Below are positions 38,031-48,552 of a stretch of DNA of 64,000 bases, one piece after another (within the stretch, counting starts at the first letter, position 1; the number at the start of each line of letters is the position of its first letter). The notes under the pieces were generated by a model that was given only the letters and a program-made list of their open reading frames with translations, searched no databases and was not told where the DNA came from. Both the position numbers and the translations under genes were made by a program. The stretch is taken from assembly GCA_963738405.1 (NCBI GenBank), contig CAVTWJ010000009.1, forward strand, positions 32,001-96,000, written 5' to 3'. The stretch comes from a candidate division FCPU426 bacterium. GTDB lineage: Bacteria; Oederibacteriota; Muellerivitia; Muellerivitales; Muellerivitaceae.

Positions 38031-38252
38031 TTAAGAGGCGGCGGAGATGACTTCCTTGAAGTCCTGAAGCAATACGCTTTGGACGATGGGAAGGGATGCC
38101 TGTTCGATGGTGTTTTGGGCCGGGTCAAAGGGAGCAAATTTAGTGGAGGCTGGATTGTCGGAGAAGGAAAAATCCTGGGCCGCCCGTTCGGGGGCGGGAA
38201 ACTCAGGGTAGGTGTAGGGCATGGCTTCTTCGGGTTTGGCGAACGGGTTCAT
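38031..38252 (-). CDS. Small hypothetical protein
   Basis: 73-aa ORF ending 14 nt before the next co-oriented gene. Confidence 0.4.
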   Translation of the reverse strand: MNPFAKPEEAMPYTYPEFPAPERAAQDFSFSDNPASTKFAPFDPAQNTIEQASLPIVQSVLLQDFKEVISAAS

Positions 38253-38390
38253 GTCTTCAGTTTATCCCTTGGCCTGGGGCTTTAAAACATTTTTTACAAG
38301 AAAGTTCCCTTGTTTCTTGTGAGTCTTTCCGCCCCAAGAGGACTAAAATAGGGGCGAGAGGCCGTTCTATCCCACGTTAGGAGGGCCGTC

Positions 38391-40283
38391 ATGAGCGTCG
38401 CCGATACCGCCAAACATTTAAACGAAAAAGAGAAAGAATCCCTGGAAGTGGCCGAGGGGGCCCGGGAAACCGAATGGACCCAGCCTTCTTTCGTGGCCGA
38501 ACTTTTTATGGGGCACTTTCGTCCCGATCTCATTTCCCCCTATCCCCTGCAATCGCCTGAGGATAAGGCCGTGGGCGATGAGTTCATGGGCCGCCTGGAA
38601 GCTTTTCTTAAAGAAAATCTGGACCCGGACGAGGTGGATAAGACCACCCTGCTTCCCCAAAAGGTGATCGACGGGCTGGCCAAATTGGGCTGTTGGGGAA
38701 TGAAGATCCCCAAGGAGTACGGCGGGCTAGGCCTTTCCCAGGTCAACTACAACCGCGCGGTGGCCTTGGTGGCCTCCTATTGCGGGTCTACCGCCGTTTG
38801 GCTTTCCGCCCACCAATCCATTGGCGTTCCTCAACCCCTAAAGCTTTTCGGAACCGAGGAGCAAAAGAAAAAATATTTTCCCAAGTTCGCGGCTGGCGCT
38901 GTCTCGGCCTTCGCCCTGACCGAGCCCGGTGTGGGAAGCGACCCCGCCCAGATGACCACCACCGCCGTACCCTCGCCCGACGGCAAGACCTGGACGATCA
39001 ACGGCTCAAAGCTTTGGTGCACCAACGGCCTAGTGGCGGACGTGATGGCGGTAATGGCACGCACACCCCCTAAGATGGTTCACGGCAAAGAGAAACAACA
39101 GATCACCGCCTTCATCGTCGAAAAGGGAACCCCCGGAATCGAATACACCCATCGGTGCGATTTCATGGGCATCCGGGCCATTCAAAACGGCGTCATCAAG
39201 TTCAACAACGTGAAGGTAACCTCTGACGCTATCCTTTGGGGCGAGGGACAGGGCTTGAAGCTTGCCCTCATTACCCTCAACACCGGGCGCCTCACCCTGC
39301 CGGCCGCCTCGGCGGGAATGAGCAAACAGGCTTTGCAAATCGCCCGCAACTGGGGCAAAGAAAGGGTGCAGTGGGGCCAGCCCATCGGCAAGCATGAGGC
39401 TGGGGCCGTCAAGATCGCCAACATGGCCGCCTCTACCTACGCCCAGGAAAGCATGACCTATTACACCTCCGCGCTGGTGGATAAGGGCGGGGCGGATATC
39501 AGGCTTGAGGCCGCCATGGCCAAACTGTTTTGTTCCGAAGCCTCTTGGAAAATCATCGACGACCTGATGCAGTTGCGGGGCGGGCGTGGATACGAGACAG
39601 CTGCTTCACTTATAGGCCGTGGCGAAAAGGGCTACGCGGTGGAGCGCATGATGCGCGACTCTCGTATTAACCGCATCATCGAAGGCACCAGCGAAATCCA
39701 GCACCTGTTCATCGCCCGGGAGGCGTTGGATAAACACATGCGCCTGGCGGGCGACCTGCTTTCCCCCAAAACCTCGATGGGCCAAAAAATAAACGCCCTG
39801 GTGAAGTGCGCCCTTTTCTATCCCTTCTGGTACCTGCGCATGTGGCTCCCAACCGGTTGCTGGCCCCGCTTCTCCGAATACGGTTCGCTGGCTGGACACA
39901 TGCGGTTCGTTGAAAGGAATTCCCGTAAATTAGCCCGTACACTCTTTCACCAAATGATCAAGTTCGGCCCAAAGTTGGAACGCAGGCAGATGATCCTGGC
40001 CCGCCTAGTCGAGGTAGGCACGGAATTATTCGCCATGGCGGCCGCCTGCTCCAAGGCCATGGCGGTTGAAAAAGAGAACCCTGACTTTCAGTGCTCCCGC
40101 GAACTAGCGGACCTCTTCTGCCGTCAGGCTCGCATCCGCGTCTACAACTATTTTGTGGGCGTCTGCTGGAACACCGACATCAGGGATTCCAAGGTTGCGG
40201 TAAAGGCTATGGAAGGCGTTTACGAATGGATGGAAAAAGGAATCATCGTGGATGACGGCGCGGGTTTTAGGGGGAAGAAATAA
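38391..40283 (+). CDS. Acyl-CoA dehydrogenase (ACAD9/VLCAD-like long form)
   Basis: FALTEPGVGSD, NGSKLWCTNG, GGRGY and RIIEGTSEI motifs. Confidence 0.95.
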   Translation: MSVADTAKHLNEKEKESLEVAEGARETEWTQPSFVAELFMGHFRPDLISPYPLQSPEDKAVGDEFMGRLEAFLKENLDPDEVDKTTLLPQKVIDGLAKLGCWGMKIPKEYGGLGLSQVNYNRAVALVASYCGSTAVWLSAHQSIGVPQPLKLFGTEEQKKKYFPKFAAGAVSAFALTEPGVGSDPAQMTTTAVPSPDGKTWTINGSKLWCTNGLVADVMAVMARTPPKMVHGKEKQQITAFIVEKGTPGIEYTHRCDFMGIRAIQNGVIKFNNVKVTSDAILWGEGQGLKLALITLNTGRLTLPAASAGMSKQALQIARNWGKERVQWGQPIGKHEAGAVKIANMAASTYAQESMTYYTSALVDKGGADIRLEAAMAKLFCSEASWKIIDDLMQLRGGRGYETAASLIGRGEKGYAVERMMRDSRINRIIEGTSEIQHLFIAREALDKHMRLAGDLLSPKTSMGQKINALVKCALFYPFWYLRMWLPTGCWPRFSEYGSLAGHMRFVERNSRKLARTLFHQMIKFGPKLERRQMILARLVEVGTELFAMAAACSKAMAVEKENPDFQCSRELADLFCRQARIRVYNYFVGVCWNTDIRDSKVAVKAMEGVYEWMEKGIIVDDGAGFRGKK

Positions 40284-40473
40284 AACATTAAGTTGATGGT
40301 GTTATCCACGACTGGGACCCGTTTTTTATTGTTCGAGATAAGATTTTCCTAAAAACACCACCCCTTTTTTGAATAGATAATCAAAAGACCCCATTGGTTT
40401 TCTGGGTTCTCCTTTGACAAAATATTTGGGTTAGAAAACGCCCTGAAAGACGCTTTTCACCCAAGGATCCACC

Positions 40474-41430
40474 ATGTCATTCACCCATCGTTCCATCCTT
40501 CCGAAAGACATGGAATCTTGCGCCTCCAACCTTCGGGAAAATTTTGCCTATGATCCCGGCCTCCGCCGCAGGCTTCTTTCCCTTTGGCAGGAACTGGACT
40601 CGGCGGGAGGGTGGAACACTGTGGCGATCGATGACCGCCGTCTTCTCCCAGGAGAGAGGCTGGTCGGTTTCGGCATCTCGGTTTTCGTTACCGAGGCCTT
40701 CACGGCCCGGGCCCTCAAGGGGCTACCCCTGATTTCCCACGCCTTCCTGGAGCAATGGGAAAAGGGAGACAGGCCCTATCTTTCCCGAAAGGAAGTGGCC
40801 AAGGCCAACTCCGGGACCGGGCTCAACCTGTTGGTTCTCCACTATGGATGGAACGAGAAAAAAATAAACCCTGTGGATATCCCCAAGGTCCAGTTGAAAC
40901 AGACCGAGCGTTTCATCGAGCAGCACGCCGGTTACCGGGTCAAGGAATACATGCAGGAAGTCCACGGACCTTATTTGAGGGATTTCGTCCTGAGGGCCGG
41001 AAGCGTCCTGCGCCACGACTACCAGGAAAAGAAATGGAAAGCCGCTCTGAAAGGCGTGTCCAAGGCGGATTGGCCTTACCTGACCGGCTTCCGGCCCGAG
41101 GAAACCCTGGCCAACCCCGGCACCGCCGCCTCGATCTTCCAGGCAAAGACCCTTCAGCCCCGGTTCCGGTTGTCACCCAGCGAGCAAAAGATGTTGGAAC
41201 TGGCTTTGGAAGGGAAGACCGACGAGCAAATGGCTTCCAGCCTGGACCTTTCCCACTGGACGGTCAAGAAACGCTGGCAGTCGGTCTACCTGAAGGTCAA
41301 AAAAGCGGACCCCGACCTGGTCGACGACTCGGGGTCCCGTGAGGCCGGGGAAGGCCGCAACCGCCAGAGGCGGAGGCACCTGATGGATTACCTGAGAAAC
41401 CATCAGGAAGAATTAAGACCCCGGGCCTGA
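40474..41430 (+). CDS. Transcriptional regulator with C-terminal LuxR-type HTH and GNAT-like N-terminal domain
   Basis: LSPSEQKMLELALEGKTDEQMASSLDLSHWTVKKRWQSVYLKV; no receiver domain. Confidence 0.75.
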   Translation: MSFTHRSILPKDMESCASNLRENFAYDPGLRRRLLSLWQELDSAGGWNTVAIDDRRLLPGERLVGFGISVFVTEAFTARALKGLPLISHAFLEQWEKGDRPYLSRKEVAKANSGTGLNLLVLHYGWNEKKINPVDIPKVQLKQTERFIEQHAGYRVKEYMQEVHGPYLRDFVLRAGSVLRHDYQEKKWKAALKGVSKADWPYLTGFRPEETLANPGTAASIFQAKTLQPRFRLSPSEQKMLELALEGKTDEQMASSLDLSHWTVKKRWQSVYLKVKKADPDLVDDSGSREAGEGRNRQRRRHLMDYLRNHQEELRPRA

Positions 41431-41546
41431 GACGTTCCTAAAGCCTTTCATTGATAATTCCCTGAAAACTACACCAAAAGGGGCCTATCCGAAAGATTCC
41501 CCCTTCCCATAATTGCCATCATCATTTGTGATCGATGGAGGGGAGC

Positions 41547-42644
41547 ATGGGCTTTATCAAAAGTATTGGTTTGGTTGTTATTTCGGTTTTTCCGATTTTG
41601 GTGGGGTTCCTTTTTATCTCTTCCACGGGGGGCTGCGGGGACAAGTCCGCCACAGCTCCCGTCACGGTGACCCAGGTTGCCTATGCCACCCCTCCGCCCA
41701 ATACCTTAGCGGGACGGGATTGGAACTACGCCACCCTCTCCGCCCCATTTGGCTACAAACTCGATGGTGCCAGCGTGACCTATAACGGTCTCATTTGGGA
41801 AATCGCGGGAGGAGTCTATGGGTTCTCAAACGATGTCTGGTCCTCGGCGGATGGGATCAATTGGACTTCCGTTCTGGCAAGTAACGCCTCGCCTGGCCCC
41901 AACCAATTTCCCCCACGGCAGGCCCTCAGCTGCCTGGTTTATAACGGAAAGATGTGGGTCATTGGCGGGGGGAATACTTCCTACCTCAACGATGTCTGGT
42001 CCTCGATCGATGGAATGACCTGGACCCAGGTATTGGCCAACAACAACTCACCCGGGCCCAACCAGTTTGCTCAGAGGAAGGGCCAAACCTGCCTGGTCTA
42101 CAACAATAAAATGTGGGTCATCGGAGGGTATACCACCGCCAATCCCTTTAATGATGTCTGGTCTTCCAGCGATGGAGTGACATGGACCAAGGTACTTGCG
42201 GACACCGCTTCGCCTACTTCGAGCCAGTTTTCCCGGCGCTCGGGCGCCACCGGCCTGTCCTACAACGGATCCATGTGGTTGATCTCGGGGCAAACCGCGG
42301 GAGGTATATCCAACGATGTCTGGTCCTCGACCGATGGAATAACCTGGACCCCGGTATTGGCCAACAACAACTCACCCGGGCCGAGCCAATTTCCCCAAAG
42401 GTCCTATCAAACAAGCGTTGTTTATGGAAATGCCATGTGGGTCATCGGCGGATATGACTTAAACGGCCTCAACGATGTTTGGTATTCGACGAATGGACAA
42501 TACTGGACCGAGATGACGGCTTCCGCGGCTTTTCCGGGCCGTTATGGAGCTACCAGTGTGGTTTTTAACAACCGCCTCTGGCTGATCGGTGGAACCTATA
42601 ACTCATCTATTTTCTATAGCGACGTGTGGTACAGCCCATTTTAA
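41547..42644 (+). CDS. Lipoprotein with Kelch-like six-bladed beta-propeller
   Basis: Lipobox-like TGGC; six repeats of YNxxMWVIGG...NDVWSSxDGxxWT; near-identical nucleotide repeats at 41987..42068 and 42311..42392. Confidence 0.85.
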   Translation: MGFIKSIGLVVISVFPILVGFLFISSTGGCGDKSATAPVTVTQVAYATPPPNTLAGRDWNYATLSAPFGYKLDGASVTYNGLIWEIAGGVYGFSNDVWSSADGINWTSVLASNASPGPNQFPPRQALSCLVYNGKMWVIGGGNTSYLNDVWSSIDGMTWTQVLANNNSPGPNQFAQRKGQTCLVYNNKMWVIGGYTTANPFNDVWSSSDGVTWTKVLADTASPTSSQFSRRSGATGLSYNGSMWLISGQTAGGISNDVWSSTDGITWTPVLANNNSPGPSQFPQRSYQTSVVYGNAMWVIGGYDLNGLNDVWYSTNGQYWTEMTASAAFPGRYGATSVVFNNRLWLIGGTYNSSIFYSDVWYSPF

Positions 42645-42667
42645 ATTAAAAAAACAGGAGGGATCGG

Positions 42668-43674
42668 ATGATCCAACGAATATTATTTTTGATGGGCTTG
42701 ATGCCCCTGGCCTTTTTCCACATGGCCTGTGGAAATCCCCCTGCGGGGCCGGTCACCAACAACACCAATAATTACGGCCTGACCCCGGTACCCACCTGGA
42801 ATCCCGCCATCGGGGCCAATTGGTACGAAGCCACGTCGGCGGCCGATTGGTCGGCCCGTAACGGCCACAAGGCCGTGGTCTACAACAACAAGATCTGGAT
42901 TACCGGCGGATATACGTCCGACTACACCAACGAGGTTTGGTCTTCCGCCGACGGTGTCCATTGGACCCAAACTGCCGGCGGTTCCATGGGCGTGACCTTT
43001 CCCGTGCGATACGAGCACTCTAGCGTGGTCTTCAACAACAAAATGTACGTGATCGGGGGGCGGGGACCGTCTTCCTCAACGACACCTGGTCATCTTCCGA
43101 TGGCGTCACTTGGGCTGCCTCGGCCAGCGGGGGAGCCACCTTCTCGCCGCGGTACGGACATTCCAGCGTTGTTTTCAACAACAGGATTTGGGTGATCGGG
43201 GGGAACGACGGGAGCTACAAGAACGACGTCTGGTCCTCTTCCGACGGGGTCAGCTGGATCCTTGCCACGGCCAGCGCGGATTTCGCGCCCCGGGAATATT
43301 TCGCGGCTGTCACCTATAACAACGCCATGTGGGTGATCGGCGGGTACAACGGGACCTTTACCGACGACGTTTGGAATTCCACGGACGGGGCCCACTGGAC
43401 CCAGGTAACGGGAGCCGCCGAATTTTCCGCGAGAGACAGCTTCTCCGCCTTGGTCTACAACGGGGCCCTGTGGGTTATCGCCGGGCACCCTTTCAGCGGC
43501 GGGAACGCGAACGACGTTTGGTATACCACCGACGGCAACATCTGGACCAAAGCTACCTCGGCGGCGGGGTTCACCGGAAGGCTCGACCAAGCCTGCGAGG
43601 TATTCAACAACCACATGTGGATCATCGGCGGATACACCTCCACGGCGGTCAATGACGTTTGGTTTTCACCCTGA
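42668..43674 (+). pseudogene. Second Kelch-like propeller lipoprotein, frameshifted at a G6 tract (43055..43060)
   Basis: Lipobox HMAC. Adding one G gives ...MYVIGGAGTVFLNDTWSSSDGVTW..., joining ORFs 42668..43195 and 43192..43674 into six blades. Confidence 0.85.
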
Positions 43675-43727
43675 GGGATCACAAGCTCGGCATGCGGGAA
43701 ACATTTTATAAATTGGGGAGGTTCGTC

Positions 43728-44448
43728 ATGAAAAATAGCCTGAAAGCCGCTGTCCTCGGGATATTCCTTTTAGGCGGTGTGGCCGTTCTATGGATGCAAG
43801 GATGCGGTCCCTCACCCGTGGCCGCAACGAGCAACCCTACCCCCCACCCCGACCGTCGTCTTTAACTGGGCCTATCCGGAGATCTACACTACGAACAACT
43901 CCCCGAGCGCCTACATCCAGCTCCAGGTCAACGGGTCCCCGGTCACCAACGCCGCCGTGACGCTTTCCGGTTCCTTCGCCGGTGCGCCCGTGACGGCCGT
44001 CTACCAGTCCGCCATCACCCATTCGGGACAGGTATACGCGGATTACCAGTTCCAAACCTTCACCTATACGGCGGGGCAAACCTACATTATCAGCACGACG
44101 GCTCTGGGGTCGACCGCCGCGGTCACCGTCACCGCGCCCGGTAATGTCGTCCTCAGCCTGGACGCCAACGGGGCCGTGACCCTGGCCGATGCGGGCCTAC
44201 CGGGAGGCAAGGGGTTCGTGGTGGTCGAGGATAACCCGTATACCACGACGACCTTGAATCTTTCCAACCCCGCCTTCCCCGTGACCCTGGCCCCGCCCAC
44301 CAGCTCCGTTTATCCAGGCGGATCGGGAACGGTCTACGATGTGGATGTGCGGACGGAGCACGACAGCACGACCGCGACCAACGCGACCGTGGCCTACGGG
44401 TCCATCGAGTTATGGGAAGAGAAGGACCAGCCCGTCACGATTCCTTGA
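43728..44448 (+). pseudogene. Thr-rich beta-sandwich lipoprotein, frameshifted at a C6 tract (43840..43845)
   Basis: RBS ggggagg, ATG 43728, lipobox MQGC. Removing one C gives ...SNPTPTPTVVFNWAYPE..., continuing into ORF 43777..44448. Confidence 0.8.
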
Positions 44449-44674
44449 AGCTTATACTGCGTCCCTATTTCGCCCGAGTTTTACCGGGTTTCCCCTAAAC
44501 GGGATTGACGCTGAGTTGAGTCAACCGAACACGGCCTTTCAAGTTAAAAGCGACCAACCCTTCTCCCAAAACCCTTTCTGAACCCTGGCTCCTTGCGTAT
44601 GATCAATAGGCCCTAGGGTCCATTTTTTAGAAAAGCAGCCCTTTCCCACGCCCTCTTTGAAGAGGAATGAATTC

Positions 44675-45181
44675 ATGCCTGTCCGACCAGCCTCTGAAAA
44701 AGACATCCAAGTCATTAGTGATATCTATGTAAAGACTTGGCTTTCTACCTATCGGGGCTTGGTGCCTGGTTCTTTCCTGAAAGCCGTAAATCCTATCAGC
44801 GCTGATAAAACTTTCCGGGAAAGTTTTATCTCCCAGGGTTATTCCTATTACGTTCTTCTGGCTGAAAGCTCCCAAGGTGAAATCATGGGCTATCTGGACG
44901 GGGGAGGAGACCGGGAAGACCCAAAGAAAAACCTAGGCGAGATATACGGGTTGTATGTTCAGGAAACATTTCAAGGTAAAGGAACCGGCTTGGAGCTTCT
45001 GCGACAAGCTTTTGATAAATTCCGGGTCTTAAAATTCCACAGCGTTCGTACTTGGGTCTTGCGGGAAGGGCCCTCCTGGGGTTTTTACGAGAAGGTTGGG
45101 GGGAAACTTCAAACTGAAACCAAACGACTCGCTATCGGGACCGATTCCATCAACTTGGTTTCCTATCGATGGGATCTTTGA
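44675..45181 (+). CDS. GNAT-family N-acetyltransferase
   Basis: VRPASEKD, LYVQETFQGKGTG and FYEKVGG motifs. Confidence 0.9.
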   Translation: MPVRPASEKDIQVISDIYVKTWLSTYRGLVPGSFLKAVNPISADKTFRESFISQGYSYYVLLAESSQGEIMGYLDGGGDREDPKKNLGEIYGLYVQETFQGKGTGLELLRQAFDKFRVLKFHSVRTWVLREGPSWGFYEKVGGKLQTETKRLAIGTDSINLVSYRWDL

Positions 45182-45288
45182 TACGGGCGACCTTTTGTTA
45201 GCTTCATTATGACCGCTGTCATAGCTTGGTCCCGCAAAGGATTTCACAATAGGGCCGTCACGCAGAACCAATCCCCAGGAGCTAACTT

Positions 45289-45897
45289 ATGACTGAAAAC
45301 AAACCCGAAAAACCTAGGATTCACCCTGCGGCCGCAGTGGTCATCGGCGCCCTTTGCGCTGCAGTCTTTATTTCCCTCGTAATGGTTTTCGTGAACCTGC
45401 AAGAAAAGACGATCGGTTATTGGGAAAAACCCAAGCTGGCCGAACCGCCCCAACTTCTGCCCAAAGCGACGCCCGTTCCCCCGGCGAAAATGCCGGAACC
45501 CAAACCAGTCGTGAACGTGGTGAAAACCGCTCCCGAGACCTTGGTCTGGCGGGGCTTCGCCGATGGTTTGACGGAAAGCCAAACGACGGGCAAGGCCCTG
45601 CTTTATTTCTTTACCGACGGTTCCAGCGCGCTTTGCCAAAAGGTCGTGTCCGATTTTTTCGCCGAAGGTCAAATCGCCGCCCGCATCAACCGGTCCTTCG
45701 TTCCCATTCGAGTGACCGACGAGATTAAATCGAAAGGGCACAACAGCGCCGAGGTGATGAATTTTGAGAACAAGTTCCAAGTCACGGGTTTTCCCGTGAT
45801 GGTGGTGCAGGTGCCGGGCCGCAAGGGTTATAAGAAACTGGTCAGCTACACCGATGCCGTCTCGGCCATGGACTTCCTAAACGATTCGATCAAATGA
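45289..45897 (+). CDS. Membrane-anchored thioredoxin-fold protein (SxxC)
   Basis: TM helix and Pro-rich linker; GKALLYFFTDGSSALC and FQVTGFP cis-Pro motif. Confidence 0.75.
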   Translation: MTENKPEKPRIHPAAAVVIGALCAAVFISLVMVFVNLQEKTIGYWEKPKLAEPPQLLPKATPVPPAKMPEPKPVVNVVKTAPETLVWRGFADGLTESQTTGKALLYFFTDGSSALCQKVVSDFFAEGQIAARINRSFVPIRVTDEIKSKGHNSAEVMNFENKFQVTGFPVMVVQVPGRKGYKKLVSYTDAVSAMDFLNDSIK

Positions 45898-46012
45898 GTT
45901 TCAGCTTCAACCCGCGTCAATAAAGCATCAATAAGTTTGTTTTCTACTTACATTCCCTCTGCACTGGCCCATAAGATGTGCCCACTTTTTATCCGCTGGA
46001 AGGAAACCGGGA

Positions 46013-47113
46013 ATGCCGCAGGCCACAAAACAGGGAACAGAAAATTACGCCGCCCGATTTCCTGAATATCAAAAGGCCGGTTTTTACTGCGATTTCATGG
46101 AAACTCGTGTTTCTTCCCTGGGGCTTGGCACCTATCTGGGGGAATTCTCCGACGAAGACGATCATCTCTATGTCGAGGCGATCAAAACAGCGCTCCTGTC
46201 CGGCATCAACCTCCTCGATTCGGCCATCAACTACCGTTGTATGCGCAGCGAGCGCAACATTGGAACGGCCATTAAGGAATTGAAAAAAGAAGGCAAGATC
46301 ACACGGGAAGAGGTGGTGGTCTGCACCAAGGGAGGGTTTATTCCCTTTGACGGCAGGCCCCCTGCCGACCCCGCGAAATATTTTCTGGAAGAATACATAA
46401 AACCGGGTATCTGCGGCTCCAAAGACATTGTGGCGGGCTGCCACTGCATGACACCTAATTATCTCCGCAACCAGGTAGAACGGTCTCTCTACAACCTGGG
46501 CCTTCAGACCATCGACCTTTTTCATGTCCACAATCCCGAGATGCAGTTGGATGAGGTTCCCCGGATTGATTTCTTGGACCGGCTGGAGCTGGCTTTCGAG
46601 GAATTGGAAAAATTGGTGAAGGAAGGAAAGATCCAAGCCTATGGCACCGCCACCTGGAACGGCTACCGGGCCCGGTCGGACCGGCAGGAATACCTGTCGC
46701 TTCACGACATCTTGCGCACGGCCGAAAGGGCGGCGGGAAACAGCCGCCACCATTTTCGGGCCATTCAACTGCCTTACAATTTAGGAATGCCGGAAGCCTT
46801 CATCCTGAAAAACCAACTTCTGGGGGACCAAACCCTTCCGGTTCTTCAGGCGGCACAGTCCAACGGTATAGCGGTCTTTACCAGCGCTTCCCTATTACAG
46901 GCCAAGCTGACCCGAAACCTTCCCACATCGGTTTTGGAAGCCTTTCCCGACCTTCCTACGGATGCCCAAAGGGCCATCCAGTTTGCGCGGTCCACTCCCG
47001 GTGTGACGGCGGCCTTGGTGGGCATGAAAAAGAAGGAACATGTTCGGGAAAACCTGGGCGTTGCCAAGGCCGTGACTACCCCTGAAGAAATTCTTCGAAA
47101 GCTTTTCAAATAA
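46013..47113 (+). CDS. Aldo/keto reductase
   Basis: SSLGLGTY, DSAINY, VCTKGG, HNPE and IQLPYN motifs. Confidence 0.9.
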   Translation: MPQATKQGTENYAARFPEYQKAGFYCDFMETRVSSLGLGTYLGEFSDEDDHLYVEAIKTALLSGINLLDSAINYRCMRSERNIGTAIKELKKEGKITREEVVVCTKGGFIPFDGRPPADPAKYFLEEYIKPGICGSKDIVAGCHCMTPNYLRNQVERSLYNLGLQTIDLFHVHNPEMQLDEVPRIDFLDRLELAFEELEKLVKEGKIQAYGTATWNGYRARSDRQEYLSLHDILRTAERAAGNSRHHFRAIQLPYNLGMPEAFILKNQLLGDQTLPVLQAAQSNGIAVFTSASLLQAKLTRNLPTSVLEAFPDLPTDAQRAIQFARSTPGVTAALVGMKKKEHVRENLGVAKAVTTPEEILRKLFK

Positions 47114-47115
47114 TC

Positions 47116-47772
47116 TTAGGCCCGGCTTCTGGTTTTTTGCTTGACCCCCGGGTCCAGCAATATTGACAGCAGCATCCCCGTAAAAAATCCCCCCACATGG
47201 GCCCAAAAGGCCACCCCGCCCTGGTTGACCGGCGAATAGGCGGCCAGGAAATATTGTTCCAAAAACCAGAAACCCACCACGAAGAATGCCCGGGCCGGTA
47301 TGGAAAAGATGGGGAAGATTAAAAAGAAAAACTGAAGGCGCATTTTTTGCCAAGGGAAGAAGATCATGTAGAGGGCGCAGATGCCGGAGATGGCCCCGGA
47401 GGCGCCGATCATGGGGATGGTGGAATGGGGGTTCACCGAATACTGAACCCAAGCCGCCCCGAAGCCGCTTAAAAGGTAGGCGATGATGTAGCGGAAGGTG
47501 CCCAGCCGGTCCTCCACCTTTTCCCCGAACACGTATAAAAAGTACATGTTGCCCAAAAGATGGACCAGCCCCGCGTGGAGGAACATGGAAGAAAGGATGT
47601 CCCTTAAGTAGGGGTGGGCGGGGATGAATCCATGATGCCAGACGTAAGCGTCAAAGTTGGGGAGCATCATGGATTTATAAAAGTAATAACAGTTCAGTCC
47701 GATGAGTATCCAATTGGCGAGGGGAAACCGCTTGGCGGGTTTTCCATCCTCGACGGGCAACACAAAAAACAT
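47116..47772 (-). CDS. Rhomboid intramembrane serine protease
   Basis: MFLHAGLVHLLGNM, GASGA (catalytic Ser) and AHVGG (catalytic His). Confidence 0.93.
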   Translation of the reverse strand: MFFVLPVEDGKPAKRFPLANWILIGLNCYYFYKSMMLPNFDAYVWHHGFIPAHPYLRDILSSMFLHAGLVHLLGNMYFLYVFGEKVEDRLGTFRYIIAYLLSGFGAAWVQYSVNPHSTIPMIGASGAISGICALYMIFFPWQKMRLQFFFLIFPIFSIPARAFFVVGFWFLEQYFLAAYSPVNQGGVAFWAHVGGFFTGMLLSILLDPGVKQKTRSRA

Positions 47773-47775
47773 CGG

Positions 47776-48489
47776 CTACCTCACTTTTCTTTTTCCCTTG
47801 GCGCCCATGGAAAAAAACAGGAAAAGGACCAATCCTACGGCGGCCGCGCCCAAATGGGCGATCCAAGCCGTTCCCGCGGTGGGATGAATCGTCAGGAGCG
47901 GCCCGCAAACCTTGTTGAGGGATGGAAACATCTCCGACAGGCGGTACCAGGGCAAGAAGGCCATGGCGGCTTGAATCCCCACCCAGAGCACCATGGTGTA
48001 AATGGTCCGAGAGGGAAATTCCACCACCGGCGCCCCGAAGAAGGTGATGTACCACTTCATGCGCCCCCAGGGGTAATGAAGCAAATAGATGACCCCCAAG
48101 CCCGTTACGACCCGAGAGGCGCCCACAAAGGCCAGCACACCGTCCGGATGGATCAAACGCTGGGTGAATTCGCCCGCGATACCGCAGGCCAAGTAGGAAA
48201 AAAAATAACGCCCATGGCCCCATTCCTTTTCTACGCCCCTTCCAAAGATGAAAAGGAAGGTCAGGTTGGCCACCAGTTGGGCCCAACTGCTATGGATGAA
48301 GAGGCCCGTGACCAGGGTATAGGAAAGGTGCCGGGCGGGAATAAAACCGAACCGGTCCAGTATTTGAAGAAAATCCGGGCGTCCCAGGGTGATAAAGGCA
48401 ATGCCGATGTTCAACAGAATCATCAATGTATTGGAAAGGGGAAGCCGCTTGGGGGCGGGGGTGTCTTCGGTGAAGGTGATGAATAACAT
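47776..48489 (-). CDS. Rhomboid-like protein with altered active-site motifs
   Basis: FIHSSWAQLVANL, GASRV and AHLGA; clear paralog of the adjacent rhomboid. Confidence 0.85.
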   Translation of the reverse strand: MLFITFTEDTPAPKRLPLSNTLMILLNIGIAFITLGRPDFLQILDRFGFIPARHLSYTLVTGLFIHSSWAQLVANLTFLFIFGRGVEKEWGHGRYFFSYLACGIAGEFTQRLIHPDGVLAFVGASRVVTGLGVIYLLHYPWGRMKWYITFFGAPVVEFPSRTIYTMVLWVGIQAAMAFLPWYRLSEMFPSLNKVCGPLLTIHPTAGTAWIAHLGAAAVGLVLFLFFSMGAKGKRKVR

Positions 48490-48552
48490 GGAAATCCCAT
48501 GGAATGGATTGGCCTGTTAAAAGGCGAGCCGCATTATAAAAGCAAAGACGGG

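Noticed and set aside
47614..48486. 290-aa plus-strand ORF
   Set aside because: Antisense shadow of the rhomboid genes.
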